The notes under the pieces are model-generated. The model saw nothing but the letters and a program-made list of their open reading frames with translations, ran no database searches and was not told the origin of the DNA. From a virus, in IMG/VR virus record IMGVR_UViG_3300045988_183078: DNA of 64,000 bases; one strand, 5' to 3'. Below, one piece after another: positions 24,562 to 34,210 of this stretch. The position numbers and the translations under genes are program-made. How positions within the stretch are numbered: the first letter of the stretch is position 1; the number at the start of each line of letters is the position of its first letter.

Positions 24562-25835
24562 GGCCAATCCCTCCCATAAACTCTGATGTCAGACGGATAT
24601 TCGGTCATCATCTTGTATTCATCTTCGTTAGCCTTCACATCACACCATGTCCACTTATTATCAGCAAAGATAAGGACATCACCTCTTTGCAGCTCTGAAA
24701 TGTATTTTGCTCTTTCTGCACTTAGATGGCACGCCTTTGCTACATCGGAAACTAAATGGCTGAATACTTTGTGGTATACCTGAACCTCTGAATCAGCCAT
24801 GATTTCATGGAGAAACGCATCGTCAATACCGTCGTTAAACACGCTGGTAACGGTGATTACGGTGCAGTCACAGGACATCGCGTTCTGGCAGATGTATTTA
24901 CTCCAGCTCAAAGTGGTGTCACGCTCCAGCATAAACGGAGCATTTTTCATAACGTCACGGTTCTCGCCAAAGAATACATCACGCATTAGAATAGCCTTCT
25001 TGTCCGCCTCGTTCTGCATACGCTCGCTGAGGATTTCAAAGCAATAGGCCATCATAAAGTCCTTGGCCGTACTGTCTTTTTCGATTTGTCCCCTGTATTT
25101 CATAAAGTCCAGCACAAGGAAAGGACTATTCCAATCAACATCCGTCTTATGGTTGAACCAGCCATAAGGTCCATCTACAAACTGTGAAAGCACGTTTGTG
25201 AAGTCATCAAGTTCTTTCAGATGTGCAAGCTTAATGGTCGTATAAAAGTCTTCTATAGTCGGGAACTCTTTGTACTGGTCTGAGCCTTCCACGAGAAGAC
25301 TTGCATTGTCATAGGCGATGCCTTTGACCTTATAAAGGCGGTAGAGTAACGCGTCAAGCAATCCCGCTTGCTCCGGTGTCATCTCAGGATACATTGCTCT
25401 GAACACTGTGAGCAGTTCCTGTACTTTCCTTGTTAGAGCTGAGCACTTACGGGGGCCTTCTTTCGGCTTGCGAATGTCGAACAAGTTGATATGTGAGTTT
25501 TCTTCTCCTATAATCACGTTCTTACCGCCAAGCTGGTCGCACATATAGCCGTACTCTTCACGGCTCAACCCATTCGTTAGGATAGTCGCTTGTGCTCCAT
25601 GCTTGCAAAGGCGGTAAAGAATCAACTTGCCAGTAAAATCCTTGCCCTGGCCGTGGCTTCCGACAATGGAGATGACTGAGCTTTGATGTTTGGAAGCGTC
25701 AGTCATGTTGACGACTATATCGGCATCCTCTTTTCCTGTCCAGCACTTTGCAATGCAGACACCGCCTTCTTCCTGAATCGGTATGATTTCAGGAACATTA
25801 GCGGGCGCTTGCTTCTTTTTGAAAAACGGAAACAT
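24558..25835 (-). CDS. P-loop NTPase (425 aa), uncharacterised; possible DUF87/VirB4-like or assembly ATPase
   Basis: Walker A-like ISIVGSHGQGKDFTG. GGGAGGG RBS at MFPFFKKKQ. First gene downstream of promoter P8. Confidence 0.55.
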   Translation of the reverse strand: MFPFFKKKQAPANVPEIIPIQEEGGVCIAKCWTGKEDADIVVNMTDASKHQSSVISIVGSHGQGKDFTGKLILYRLCKHGAQATILTNGLSREEYGYMCDQLGGKNVIIGEENSHINLFDIRKPKEGPRKCSALTRKVQELLTVFRAMYPEMTPEQAGLLDALLYRLYKVKGIAYDNASLLVEGSDQYKEFPTIEDFYTTIKLAHLKELDDFTNVLSQFVDGPYGWFNHKTDVDWNSPFLVLDFMKYRGQIEKDSTAKDFMMAYCFEILSERMQNEADKKAILMRDVFFGENRDVMKNAPFMLERDTTLSWSKYICQNAMSCDCTVITVTSVFNDGIDDAFLHEIMADSEVQVYHKVFSHLVSDVAKACHLSAERAKYISELQRGDVLIFADNKWTWCDVKANEDEYKMMTEYPSDIRVYGRDWP

Positions 25836-25868
25836 GTCATTTTCCCTCCCAATATGTATCTGATTTTT

Positions 25869-25896
25869 ATTATCTGCAATTCGCACAAATCATCAA
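25869..25896 (-). promoter_or_regulatory. promoter P8 (TTGATG-16-GATAAT), spacer atttGTGCGAATTGCA
   Basis: Minus-strand reading. Confidence 0.6.
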
Positions 25897-25961
25897 ATTT
25901 TTGCAGATACGAAAAAAGCAGCCACCTCCCGAAGGAAGCGGCTGCGTATCACTAATCCGAA

Positions 25962-26828
25962 TTAGAACTTGAAGAATCGAGGCACAATATCATCTTTGTC
26001 CATGTCCAGAATCATGGCAGCGAAGGTATCCATCTGAATCGGCACGAACTCAGCCGTATAGCTGAGCGAGCCACCTGACTCCTCTGCAATGTCAAGCATC
26101 GTCTTGAGGAATGCTGTAAAGTCCTGAATCTGGTTAGGTTTGAGGGTGACGCTTGTACAGATAGAGAGGCAATCCTCATCTACATCTGCCACATCGCCTT
26201 CCTCGCGGCCGAAGACGCTCCTGACGGATTGAACTGCGGCCAGCATCTTATCGACCTGCTGAACGGTGAAGGTCTCCCCTGCTTCCAGCTCCATCTCGAA
26301 GGTGTAGCAGAACCAGAAAGGAATGTCCTTTACCGCTTCTTCCGACACATAATCGGGACTGTCGCACAGCGTCTTGCCATCAAAGGTCAGCATCGACACA
26401 TGGCTGTCCACGTCGTAGTATTCAAGGCCCTGATACCGGACCGATTCAGCCCCGCAATCCTGCAAGACATCGCTCCAGAATGCAGAGCCGTAGAAGATGC
26501 TGTGGCTGAAGTAGTGAATCATGCCGTAAGACAGAAACGCTTCTACGTCCACATCACGGAGAATGCCAGAAACAGCTTCTTCTGTTTCGGACGCATGCTG
26601 CCAGCTGGTATCGAGACCATCAAGCCCCTTCCCGCCGGTCTTGTCGTGAATGTCCAGAACAGTTTTCCCGTCAAGTTTGATGACCATTGCGCTAAGACTC
26701 ATGGACTCGATGCTGGTGGTATCGAGGAACTGGCGCAAATATCGCGCCAAATCTTTACGTACCTGCTCGGCACCCTTCTCGCCTTTCCCGATAATGATGC
26801 GCTCAATAGCGACAAGTTCAGTGCTCAT
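25962..26828 (-). CDS. hypothetical protein (288 aa)
   Basis: ORF, acidic. No motif recognised. Confidence 0.5.
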   Translation of the reverse strand: MSTELVAIERIIIGKGEKGAEQVRKDLARYLRQFLDTTSIESMSLSAMVIKLDGKTVLDIHDKTGGKGLDGLDTSWQHASETEEAVSGILRDVDVEAFLSYGMIHYFSHSIFYGSAFWSDVLQDCGAESVRYQGLEYYDVDSHVSMLTFDGKTLCDSPDYVSEEAVKDIPFWFCYTFEMELEAGETFTVQQVDKMLAAVQSVRSVFGREEGDVADVDEDCLSICTSVTLKPNQIQDFTAFLKTMLDIAEESGGSLSYTAEFVPIQMDTFAAMILDMDKDDIVPRFFKF

Positions 26829-26838
26829 AAAAGCTCCT

Positions 26839-27003
26839 TTACTCTATATGGATAGGTAGTTTGATTTCCGCCTCGTTATGCTTTAGAGGCGGCAAGACCT
26901 GCTCGTACTCCGCAATCTTTTCAGCCAGTTCGGCAGCGCTCAGCATTTTGATTTCCGGCGGAACAATGCAGCGGTCATCAACGACATAGTTCTTAGTACC
27001 CAT
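26839..27003 (-). CDS. small hypothetical protein (54 aa)
   Basis: GAGGG RBS 7 nt upstream of MGTKNYVVDD. Confidence 0.35.
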   Translation of the reverse strand: MGTKNYVVDDRCIVPPEIKMLSAAELAEKIAEYEQVLPPLKHNEAEIKLPIHIE

Positions 27004-27013
27004 AGGCATTCCC

Positions 27014-27490
27014 TCACAGTGCAGCCAGATAGTGAATCGCCATCTTTGCAAACCCGATAGCAGATACAAAGCACCATCCTGCTTTTCCAGCCCAGATAAC
27101 CTTTGTATAGATGGGTAATACCTTTCGGACTGACGCCAATTTCCCGAATGCAAGAGGAATTGCAGATACCATCAGCAGCGAAATATCAAACGCTAAACAA
27201 ACAAACACAGTTAAACAGTAGTTCAGCATGATTTGAGCTTCGACCTTATTGACTTCAATTAAGCGCAAAGCTAACAAAGCAAATGCCGTTGAAATCACAC
27301 AGCTAATGACAAGGATTCGTACCGTATGGTTCAGAGTATCTTCAGGTGATAGGTATTTTCTTTTGCCGCAGCAATAGGTTACTTCTTGGAAGGCTTTACG
27401 CCCAAAATACAAGTTATAAACACCACTTGCGGCAAAAAGGATAGCAGTCACAAAGAACAGCGCCACTCTGCAAATATCAACGATACCCAT
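27014..27490 (-). CDS. integral membrane protein (about 4 TM)
   Basis: Hydrophobic segments. Start 5 nt after the upstream stop (translational coupling). Confidence 0.55.
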   Translation of the reverse strand: MGIVDICRVALFFVTAILFAASGVYNLYFGRKAFQEVTYCCGKRKYLSPEDTLNHTVRILVISCVISTAFALLALRLIEVNKVEAQIMLNYCLTVFVCLAFDISLLMVSAIPLAFGKLASVRKVLPIYTKVIWAGKAGWCFVSAIGFAKMAIHYLAAL

Positions 27491-27495
27491 AGGAA

Positions 27496-28383
27496 TCAGA
27501 AGGAGAACTTGCACTCACGGCGCTCGCGGCCATTGCCGCACCAATAGTGCCGCCAGGTGGGAGCCTTACCGTTTGCTTCCTTCTTGTAACGCTCCATCAG
27601 ATAATGGCCCACCACGAAGGTCTTGATATTGACTTTCTTGGTCTGGCCCTTGAACGTAAAGACAGGACGCTCGTCCTTTTTCGGACTGTCCAGACGAATC
27701 TCCGCGCCTTTGCTGGCAAGGTAGTAGGCACACAGCATTGCGAGGCGGACATAGGGCGTGCCTTCGCCGTAAACAGACGGGATAGCGTCCAGCGTTTCAG
27801 GAATAGTGATGTCATCTTTATCGCGAGTCGAAGATGCTTTTTCGATGTACTGTTTCGTGCTGCGAGTCGCCTCCGTCAGGCTCTGACCCTCCTTAATCCA
27901 AGCGGGCAGAGACAGGAACGCGAAGTTCTCCTTTTCGTTCTGGACCGGGCCCACGAGGACGATGCCAACGAAGGTGTCATCCGTCTTTGTATCAAACTCG
28001 ATATGTACGAACATGCCGCAGTAGTCTACGCTGTTGTACAGAGGCACATAGAAGTTCTTGAACGGCAGGCGCTCCAGCACCTCGCGATGGATGGTGAGGT
28101 CATCGGTATCCATCAGCAGCTCCAGAAAATCCTTGCCGAAATCATAGATGACCTTGGTCTGGTTCCAGTTGGCGATGGTGTAGCACGGGAAAATCTGGAC
28201 AGCCAGCACCTTTTCAAAGCCAGGCTGCTGCATCTGCTGGGCAACACGCAGGCACTGAAGCGTAGCGCCCTTGGTGAATTCGTCCAGCGTCTTGCCGCAG
28301 GGGTCCTCAAAATCGAAGCCGGTACGGGTCGAGCGAGTAACGGCATTGGCGGTGAGTGCGATACGAACCTGTTCAGAAGTCAT
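27496..28383 (-). CDS. hypothetical protein (295 aa)
   Basis: ORF in operon. Confidence 0.5.
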   Translation of the reverse strand: MTSEQVRIALTANAVTRSTRTGFDFEDPCGKTLDEFTKGATLQCLRVAQQMQQPGFEKVLAVQIFPCYTIANWNQTKVIYDFGKDFLELLMDTDDLTIHREVLERLPFKNFYVPLYNSVDYCGMFVHIEFDTKTDDTFVGIVLVGPVQNEKENFAFLSLPAWIKEGQSLTEATRSTKQYIEKASSTRDKDDITIPETLDAIPSVYGEGTPYVRLAMLCAYYLASKGAEIRLDSPKKDERPVFTFKGQTKKVNIKTFVVGHYLMERYKKEANGKAPTWRHYWCGNGRERRECKFSF

Positions 28384-28526
28384 AAATATCCTCCAAAATA
28401 TGTTATTTGTTTTCGGCTTCCCGATGGTTTGTTAGAAAGCAAAGTTGTCTGCCAGCCGTAGCTGTTGCCCGCTGCCCGCCTCGTGGAGGCCCCTTTGCAT
28501 AAAGGCAGCTGCGGGGAGAACCCCGC

Positions 28527-29102
28527 TCAAGATTTGATGTTTAGGCGTCTATTGATTTCTTTTACGCCGAGTTTCCGAGATGTAAATACAGGCTTTACCT
28601 CTTGCCCGTGCTGTTTCACAAACCGTTCGAGCACTGTCCATGACGGCTCGCTTCCATCCTCAAAGGAATACGGGTCAAGGTTCAGAAAGAGCCAGGTCTT
28701 GGTGTGTTCCCTGCCGGCCAGATAGTGAATGAGTGATGCCGTAATGGCAAGAACCCCCTTATGCCATGTGTAGGTCATAGTTCGGCTCACATCATGGACA
28801 ATAAGTTGGGGCTGCTTTCCCATCGCCATATCGACTTCGATGGTATGCGCCACAACGGGCTTATCGTCCGTAATCTTATATTGATGCAGAATCATCGGAA
28901 TGCGGCCCGGAACGATACGGTCATGGTCCAGTACAAAGTCCGCGTACTCCCCTGTCACATCAAAGACAATGATTCGGTCTGAGATGGTACGCAGCGTCTT
29001 GACAATCTGACGCTTACACCAGAACGTCTTCCCTACCCCTTCATTGGCAGATACGAGAGTATAGTAGCTGGTTTCAATGATATTAGGTTCTATCCGTTTC
29101 AT
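28527..29102 (-). CDS. small P-loop NTPase-like protein (191 aa)
   Basis: LVSANEGVGKTFW Walker A-like. ATGA overlap with the upstream stop. Confidence 0.5.
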   Translation of the reverse strand: MKRIEPNIIETSYYTLVSANEGVGKTFWCKRQIVKTLRTISDRIIVFDVTGEYADFVLDHDRIVPGRIPMILHQYKITDDKPVVAHTIEVDMAMGKQPQLIVHDVSRTMTYTWHKGVLAITASLIHYLAGREHTKTWLFLNLDPYSFEDGSEPSWTVLERFVKQHGQEVKPVFTSRKLGVKEINRRLNIKS

Positions 29103-29629
29103 TCCTTGATGTACTCCTCGCAAAACTCCAGTTTGCGTTCTGCATAACTCTCATCACCCGTAACATTGACCAGAAATTCTTGCAATTCCGCTTCGAGCTT
29201 CTTCTCGGTCAGAGTGGCGAGCCTTTCGTTATACTCTTTCGGCGGCCAATCAATGGCGCAGAAAACCATCGTGTTGCCATCGTAATCAAACGTACTGAAA
29301 AAGCTCCCGGAGGGATAGCCGTAACACTTTTCAAAAACGTGACACAGGGCGTTTGCATAGATGATATGGGCTTCTTCCTTCAAGCAGTCACTTCCGTAGT
29401 CCTTAGCCCGGTGCAGATTATACCAATCACCGGCTGCCGCAACGAATTTCATGCCCAGCGGCCAGGATTCATACCCTTCGAGGTCTTCGTTTTTGAAAGA
29501 CGGCACTAAGGCAAGAACTTCTTCTTTAGTCGGAACATATCTCGCCAGAAAGTCCTCGTTGTAATGGACTTCCTCCCCGTCTCCAAGGTTAATACCTTTC
29601 CCGGTGTTGTTTACGTGATACCACTCCAT
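29099..29629 (-). CDS. hypothetical protein (176 aa)
   Basis: GGAGGGG RBS. Confidence 0.5.
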   Translation of the reverse strand: MEWYHVNNTGKGINLGDGEEVHYNEDFLARYVPTKEEVLALVPSFKNEDLEGYESWPLGMKFVAAAGDWYNLHRAKDYGSDCLKEEAHIIYANALCHVFEKCYGYPSGSFFSTFDYDGNTMVFCAIDWPPKEYNERLATLTEKKLEAELQEFLVNVTGDESYAERKLEFCEEYIKE

Positions 29630-30203
29630 TAGTTGTTTGCCCCTCCATTTGCATTTTGATTAGCAGAACTGCGCTTGTTGCGCACAGCAGTGAAAGAAAT
29701 CCGCACAGAAACGATGCCCAAAAATTCTCGGCGTCGGAGCTGCTGTCTACGCTGATATAGTACGGATATGCGTTCATGTCTCCAATTGCTTCCTGATATT
29801 CCTCCAGGTGTTCTGCCGGTACTGCCAGGATATTGCCTTTAATAGGAGCATGGCTATAGATATAGGAGCCTTTTTCGCTATCATCAAACTCGGCCGCGAT
29901 GATATAATCATCACCACTTTTGGTGTATACCTTTATCGGGTAGAAGGCTGTTACGTAGTCGCCGGACGGCTCATCACTTGCGGCCTGATGCCGTTCCCAC
30001 ATGATGATGTTGGATACAATGTTATAGTCTTCCGAATCCAGCGCAATGGATTTTTTCTCATACTGCTCCAATTGAGAAGGCTCAACCGTAGCCAGGTTCG
30101 TTCTGATAACCTGCTGCATGTAGGAAATCGGTACGAATGCAAACAGTACCGCCATCACCAACATAAGAAGTATCTGCATAATGGCTTTCGTTTTCTTTTT
30201 CAT
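29589..30203 (-). CDS. bitopic membrane protein (N-terminal signal/TM and C-terminal TM)
   Basis: MKKKTKAIMQILLMLVMAVLFAF at the N-terminus, FLCGFLSLLCATSAVLLI near the C-terminus. GGGAGA RBS. Confidence 0.55.
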   Translation of the reverse strand: MKKKTKAIMQILLMLVMAVLFAFVPISYMQQVIRTNLATVEPSQLEQYEKKSIALDSEDYNIVSNIIMWERHQAASDEPSGDYVTAFYPIKVYTKSGDDYIIAAEFDDSEKGSYIYSHAPIKGNILAVPAEHLEEYQEAIGDMNAYPYYISVDSSSDAENFWASFLCGFLSLLCATSAVLLIKMQMEGQTTNGVVSRKQHRERY

Positions 30204-30289
30204 AGTTATCTCCCGTGTGCTGCATACCAAGCATAGAAGCCATCGTATTGCTCCCGCCCTGGTCTGCCTTCGCTCAAACTCGCGGGTAT

Positions 30290-30544
30290 CTACAAATGAC
30301 TATACCGTCCGGCGTGCAAGCCTCTACCACAGGCTTCTTTTTCGGCTTCTTTGAGTTTCTCAGGAAATTCCCGTTCTTCCTTCTCGTTTTCTCGGAAGGC
30401 TTCCGCAAACGCTTTGTACAAGTCGTAAGTATCTTTTTCAGGATTAAAAGGCACGGTCCTATAATACTCCGTTATGAACCATTTCTTCCCGTCAACGCTG
30501 GTCAGATAGAATCTTGTATTTGGAATTGGGATACTTCCCATCAT
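30290..30544 (-). CDS. hypothetical protein (84 aa)
   Basis: GGAGGA RBS upstream of MMGSIPIP. Confidence 0.45.
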   Translation of the reverse strand: MMGSIPIPNTRFYLTSVDGKKWFITEYYRTVPFNPEKDTYDLYKAFAEAFRENEKEEREFPEKLKEAEKEACGRGLHAGRYSHL

Positions 30545-30549
30545 GTTAC

Positions 30550-30942
30550 TCACCATCCTCCACGAGATAAGCGAACCCACTCTGTCCTTGTCCCGCTGTA
30601 ATACGGAGTATGAGTATACGCTTCGTAGGCCCATTTGCGCTCTTGCTCTTCCCTCAATGCTTGCTCCTCCTTCAGTTCCTTGACTGTGGCGATGAGCTTG
30701 TTTTCTTTGCCTTCCGCTTCACCTTTGGCAAAAGCGGCTTTTTGGGCTTCGTCAATACTCTGGTATCTGTTCTTTCGTTCTTTCTCGATATAGAGTAGTC
30801 CATTGGCTACTGCATCGAGAAATGCTTGTGTCTCAAAGGCAGAAATAGGTTCTTTTCCATCCTTATCTTTGGATACACAGAAAAAGCCGTTTTCGTCATA
30901 GCAGATGAAATAGGGAGAGTTTGGGACCTGTTGTGTTTTCAT
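30550..30942 (-). CDS. hypothetical protein (130 aa), charged C-terminal helix
   Basis: GGAGAAAGCC ATG RBS. Confidence 0.5.
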   Translation of the reverse strand: MKTQQVPNSPYFICYDENGFFCVSKDKDGKEPISAFETQAFLDAVANGLLYIEKERKNRYQSIDEAQKAAFAKGEAEGKENKLIATVKELKEEQALREEQERKWAYEAYTHTPYYSGTRTEWVRLSRGGW

Positions 30943-31073
30943 GGCTTTCTCCCCTTCTTTTTCGTTCTGAAGACTATTTGCCAGGAGCCTTTCCCGTTGC
31001 CCGCCGCTTGCCCCGTGGAGGCTGTCTTCGTTGAGCGGCAGCAGCCCTCAATGGGCTGCGTGATGAACCTCAA

Positions 31074-32765
31074 TTATTTGTTGGGGCCCGTCTTCTTTTT
31101 ATACGGATTGGTTTTGTTGGTGGTAGCATGCTTCTCAGCTGCCTTGGCGTGAGCATCCATGATGGCCTTTTCCTCGTCCGTAAAATCGGGACGGAAAGAA
31201 GTTTTATCTTCGCCGGTGATAGGGTCTTTCTCATGGAACATCCAACCATCTTCGACACGCTCGGAGGTGATGTGAGATTTTGGCTCGTCCAACTCCACAC
31301 CATCGATATGGATGTTGCGGTCCGTCTTAGCCTGGATGCTATTGGCACGAACAATCTCACCCATGTCGATACCGGTTGCCTCCTTCACCGTCTGCATGGT
31401 CTGGGCCATGAGCACCGGGACGTTACCAGACACGCCGGATACGCCGGAAGCATCACCACCGATGATAGACACCTTGTCGATGCTGGACAGGGGCTGGGCC
31501 ACGCTCTTGGCGATGTCAGGCAGAACCTTGATAAGCATTTCGGCAACAGCTGCGTCGTTGTACTGTTTGTAGGCTTCGGCTTTCTGCTTCATAGCCTCTG
31601 CCTCAGCCAGACCTTTCTGGCGAATGGCTTCAGCCTCAGCCTTACCGACCATCTCGATGCCTTCTGCTTCCTGCTGCTTAGCGAACTTTTGTGCTTCGGC
31701 TGCACGCTCCGCCTCGTACTTCTTGGCCTCCGCCTCTTTCTGACGGCGGTACAGGTCTGCATCAGCCTGTTTACGGACTTCTGCGTCCAGTTTACGCTGC
31801 TGGACTTCGGCTTCCTGCGCAGCAAGGTCAACCATCTTCTTCTGCTTGGCAATCTCTGCGTCAGCCTCAGCTTCTTTGATTTCCTTGGCACGGAGGTTCA
31901 TCTGGATACGACCGGCAGCATCTGCGTCGGCCGCAGCCTTGTCAGCTTCTGCCTTCAGCTTTGCCTTGGCAAGCTGCAACTCGTTGTTGCGCTGTGCGAT
32001 AGCGGTCTGGGCTTCAACTTCCTTGGCGTTCGCTGCCATCTCAGCATCTGCTTTGGCACATGCCACATCGCGAGCAGCCTGGGCACGAGCAATCTCAGCC
32101 TGCTTCTTCACCAGTTCTTCCTGCTCGATACCGATAGCTTCGATGACACCGTGATTGTGGCCCTGTGCATCAATCGCGTCCCTAATGTCTTGAACATTGA
32201 AGGTCACGACCTCAAGGCCCATCTTGGCGAGGTCTGGACGAGCGTTCTCAATGACGCTCAGTGCCATCTGCTTGCGGTTTGTCAGAATCTGGTCAACGGT
32301 CATGTCGGAAACAATCTCACGCAGGTTGCCCTGTAGAACGTCATTGACCTTGTCGTTGATGCCCTGCTCGTTCATGCCCAAGAAGTTCGAGATAGCTGCC
32401 TGCTGGCGGGACATGATATACGCCTTGGCGTCCTTCAGACCAGATGCTTTGACCTCATCGTCCAACACAGTGGAGTTCTCACTGTAAACCTGAATCGTCA
32501 CAACAGAATCAATCCAAAGGCTGACACCATTCTGAGTCTTAACGCCTGTTTCCGGGGTCTTGACATCAATCTTCAGAAGCCGCATGTTCAGTTTGTCTGC
32601 TCGTTGCAAGACAGGAAGCACAAACGTGCCTTTACCGGATACTACTTTGGGCTTTGACAACCCAAAGCCGGTCACGACGATAGCCTCCGTCGGAGGGGCC
32701 TTCTTGTAGCACAGAAAGCCGAAGATGATAATAAGGACTGCTACAATCCCGATGATAAGCGCCAT
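31074..32765 (-). CDS. flotillin/SPFH (band-7) family membrane protein with long Ala/Glu/Lys-rich coiled-coil
   Basis: N-terminal TM. SPFH-like region followed by EA-repeat coiled coil, as in FloT/YuaG-type flotillins. AAAGGAG RBS at MALIIGIV. Confidence 0.75.
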   Translation of the reverse strand: MALIIGIVAVLIIIFGFLCYKKAPPTEAIVVTGFGLSKPKVVSGKGTFVLPVLQRADKLNMRLLKIDVKTPETGVKTQNGVSLWIDSVVTIQVYSENSTVLDDEVKASGLKDAKAYIMSRQQAAISNFLGMNEQGINDKVNDVLQGNLREIVSDMTVDQILTNRKQMALSVIENARPDLAKMGLEVVTFNVQDIRDAIDAQGHNHGVIEAIGIEQEELVKKQAEIARAQAARDVACAKADAEMAANAKEVEAQTAIAQRNNELQLAKAKLKAEADKAAADADAAGRIQMNLRAKEIKEAEADAEIAKQKKMVDLAAQEAEVQQRKLDAEVRKQADADLYRRQKEAEAKKYEAERAAEAQKFAKQQEAEGIEMVGKAEAEAIRQKGLAEAEAMKQKAEAYKQYNDAAVAEMLIKVLPDIAKSVAQPLSSIDKVSIIGGDASGVSGVSGNVPVLMAQTMQTVKEATGIDMGEIVRANSIQAKTDRNIHIDGVELDEPKSHITSERVEDGWMFHEKDPITGEDKTSFRPDFTDEEKAIMDAHAKAAEKHATTNKTNPYKKKTGPNK

Positions 32766-32821
32766 ATTCATACTCCTTTCGCTCATCACAACCAATGCCT
32801 GTCTTTTGTGCAGGCGCGAAT

Positions 32822-32862
32822 ACAAACAAAAAAGCTGCGGAAGCAAAAGCAACCACAGCCTT
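32822..32862 (-). terminator. terminator-like hairpin (GCUGUGG...CCGCAGC plus UUUUUUGUUUG) inside the roughly 240-nt flotillin leader
   Basis: Seen on the minus strand about 60 nt upstream of the RBS. Confidence 0.45.
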
Positions 32863-33008
32863 TTATATGAACCACCGGCCCAGGAAAAAGCCGATGGGGT
32901 GAATACAAGCGGAAAGCAAACATGTCAAAGTGAGAGGAAACCACGTCGTACACACCGGCAGGAAGAGGTTAAGACCCGCCGGAACCCAATTCCGCTTGTA
33001 CAATTCTA

Positions 33009-33036
33009 ATTCTACGCAATTCGCACAAATGCACAA
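33009..33036 (-). promoter_or_regulatory. promoter P9 (TTGTGC-16-TAGAAT), spacer atttGTGCGAATTGCG
   Basis: Minus-strand reading. Confidence 0.6.
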
Positions 33037-33049
33037 GACATTATTTCGA

Positions 33050-33097
33050 TAAGCAAAAAGAATCCCCGCTGCTCTTTGCGGGGAAAAGCAGCGGGGT
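33050..33097 (-). terminator. intrinsic terminator (10-bp stem CCCCGCTGCT/AGCAGCGGGG plus ATTCTTTTTGC)
   Basis: Seen on the minus strand. Confidence 0.6.
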
Positions 33098-33274
33098 CCG
33101 TAAGAAAGGATAAAGAAAGGATGTAAGGAACGAGGTGACTGCATGAAAGCAGATAGAACCGTCGGAGAGGGACGGCAAATGTTGTGAGAACTCAGGCACT
33201 GTACCCTGCCCCGGTTTGCATGGCTGCCATCGACAGCACCGTCGGGTCTTTGTCCTTGCCCTCTATATTGTATT

Positions 33275-33290
33275 ATACCACATGTGGTAT
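33275..33290. promoter_or_regulatory. perfect 16-bp palindrome ATACCACATGTGGTAT (operator-like) in a non-coding stretch
   Basis: Seen directly. Adjacent to a plus-strand TATAAT-containing segment. Confidence 0.4.
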
Positions 33291-33451
33291 ACAAAATCAA
33301 GATGCAATCCGAAAATATGGCACATTTAGTGCTTTGTCTGTATAATGAGTTGAACTTTTTTGCCTCTGTTTGTGGAGCTCAATCCAAAAAGATAGCCGTT
33401 TTCCAACATTTTGGGAAATGAGATACACTTTTAACTTTAACTCATTCCTGA

Positions 33452-33954
33452 AGCAGAGTAATGATGACGGTTCTGGCATTGGAATAGTCCGAGGCACAGG
33501 TCGTCAGTGCCAACACCTTATAAGTTCCAGCATCTTTTTTGTAGGCTGCGAGTACATCCTGATTTACGTTCTCTGCATTTTCTTCTACATGTCTCGGCAG
33601 CAAAGCCAAACGGTGCGTAGACGCTTTCCAGCTGTTCAGCCGTTAGATAGTAGCGTTCCCGGCCAGCCAGGTGTTCGGGTCCTTGCAGGTCTGTGGTACT
33701 GCCCACCTTTGCCCAGTCACCATTGATGAAAGCAAAGAAATCGGCAGCCGAGCCGTCCTTGCTTTCAAGTTTGATGTCTGCTTCTTTGTCTTCTTCAAGG
33801 CTGCTTTGCATTGCTGTTTCGGAGGTCGCAATTGATGTTGTATTTTGTCCCTTCTTATCATCTGCGTAAGCCGCCGGTATGAAAGGAGTAAACAACTGCG
33901 CGGCGAGCAAAATGGCAGCCGATAAGCTTGTGATTCTTTTTGCGTCTGTCACTG
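33452..33954 (-). pseudogene. secreted protein gene with apparent frameshift (signal peptide MTDAKRITSLSAAILLAAQLFTPFIPAAYA; C-terminal part continues in another frame ...HVEENAENVNQDVLAAYKKDAGTYKVLALTTCASDYSNARTVIITLLQE)
   Basis: GTG start with AAAGGTG RBS just downstream of promoter P10. Frame 0 degenerates into an R/K/C-rich tail near 33595 while the adjacent frame is protein-like. Confidence 0.45.
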
Positions 33955-34014
33955 TATCACACCTTTGCTGATATTTTGCGAAAAAGTTATAATGTGACAA
34001 CCATTGCAATGGAT

Positions 34015-34042
34015 ATTGTTGCCAATTCGCACGTTTTGGCAA
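34015..34042 (-). promoter_or_regulatory. promoter P10 (TTGCCA-16-AACAAT), spacer aaacGTGCGAATTGGC
   Basis: Minus-strand reading. Confidence 0.55.
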
Positions 34043-34150
34043 CAAAAAAGCCCGACCGCTTTGGGTCGAGCTTAATGCTTCTTATTATATGTTGCTGGTT
34101 TTGCGTTTTCTTTTGGGACAGTGAAGTGTTTGTAAACAATTCATCACACA

Positions 34151-34180
34151 CTGTCAAGATTTATTATGATATGGTATAAT
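34151..34180 (+). promoter_or_regulatory. plus-strand promoter with extended -10 (TGGTATAAT)
   Basis: Upstream of 34211-34624(+). Confidence 0.45.
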
Positions 34181-34210
34181 GGGTATAGAAAATGAGAGGA
34201 ATGATGTGTA

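Noticed and set aside
31128-32336. 402-aa plus-strand ORF
   Set aside because: Antisense to the flotillin coiled-coil region. Translation is repetitive L/C/G-rich, an artefact of Ala/Glu/Lys codon repeats on the other strand.
32863-33300. 145-aa minus-strand ORF
   Set aside because: It overlaps promoter P9, a terminator and the flotillin leader. The translation is low-complexity. The region is better explained as non-coding regulatory DNA.
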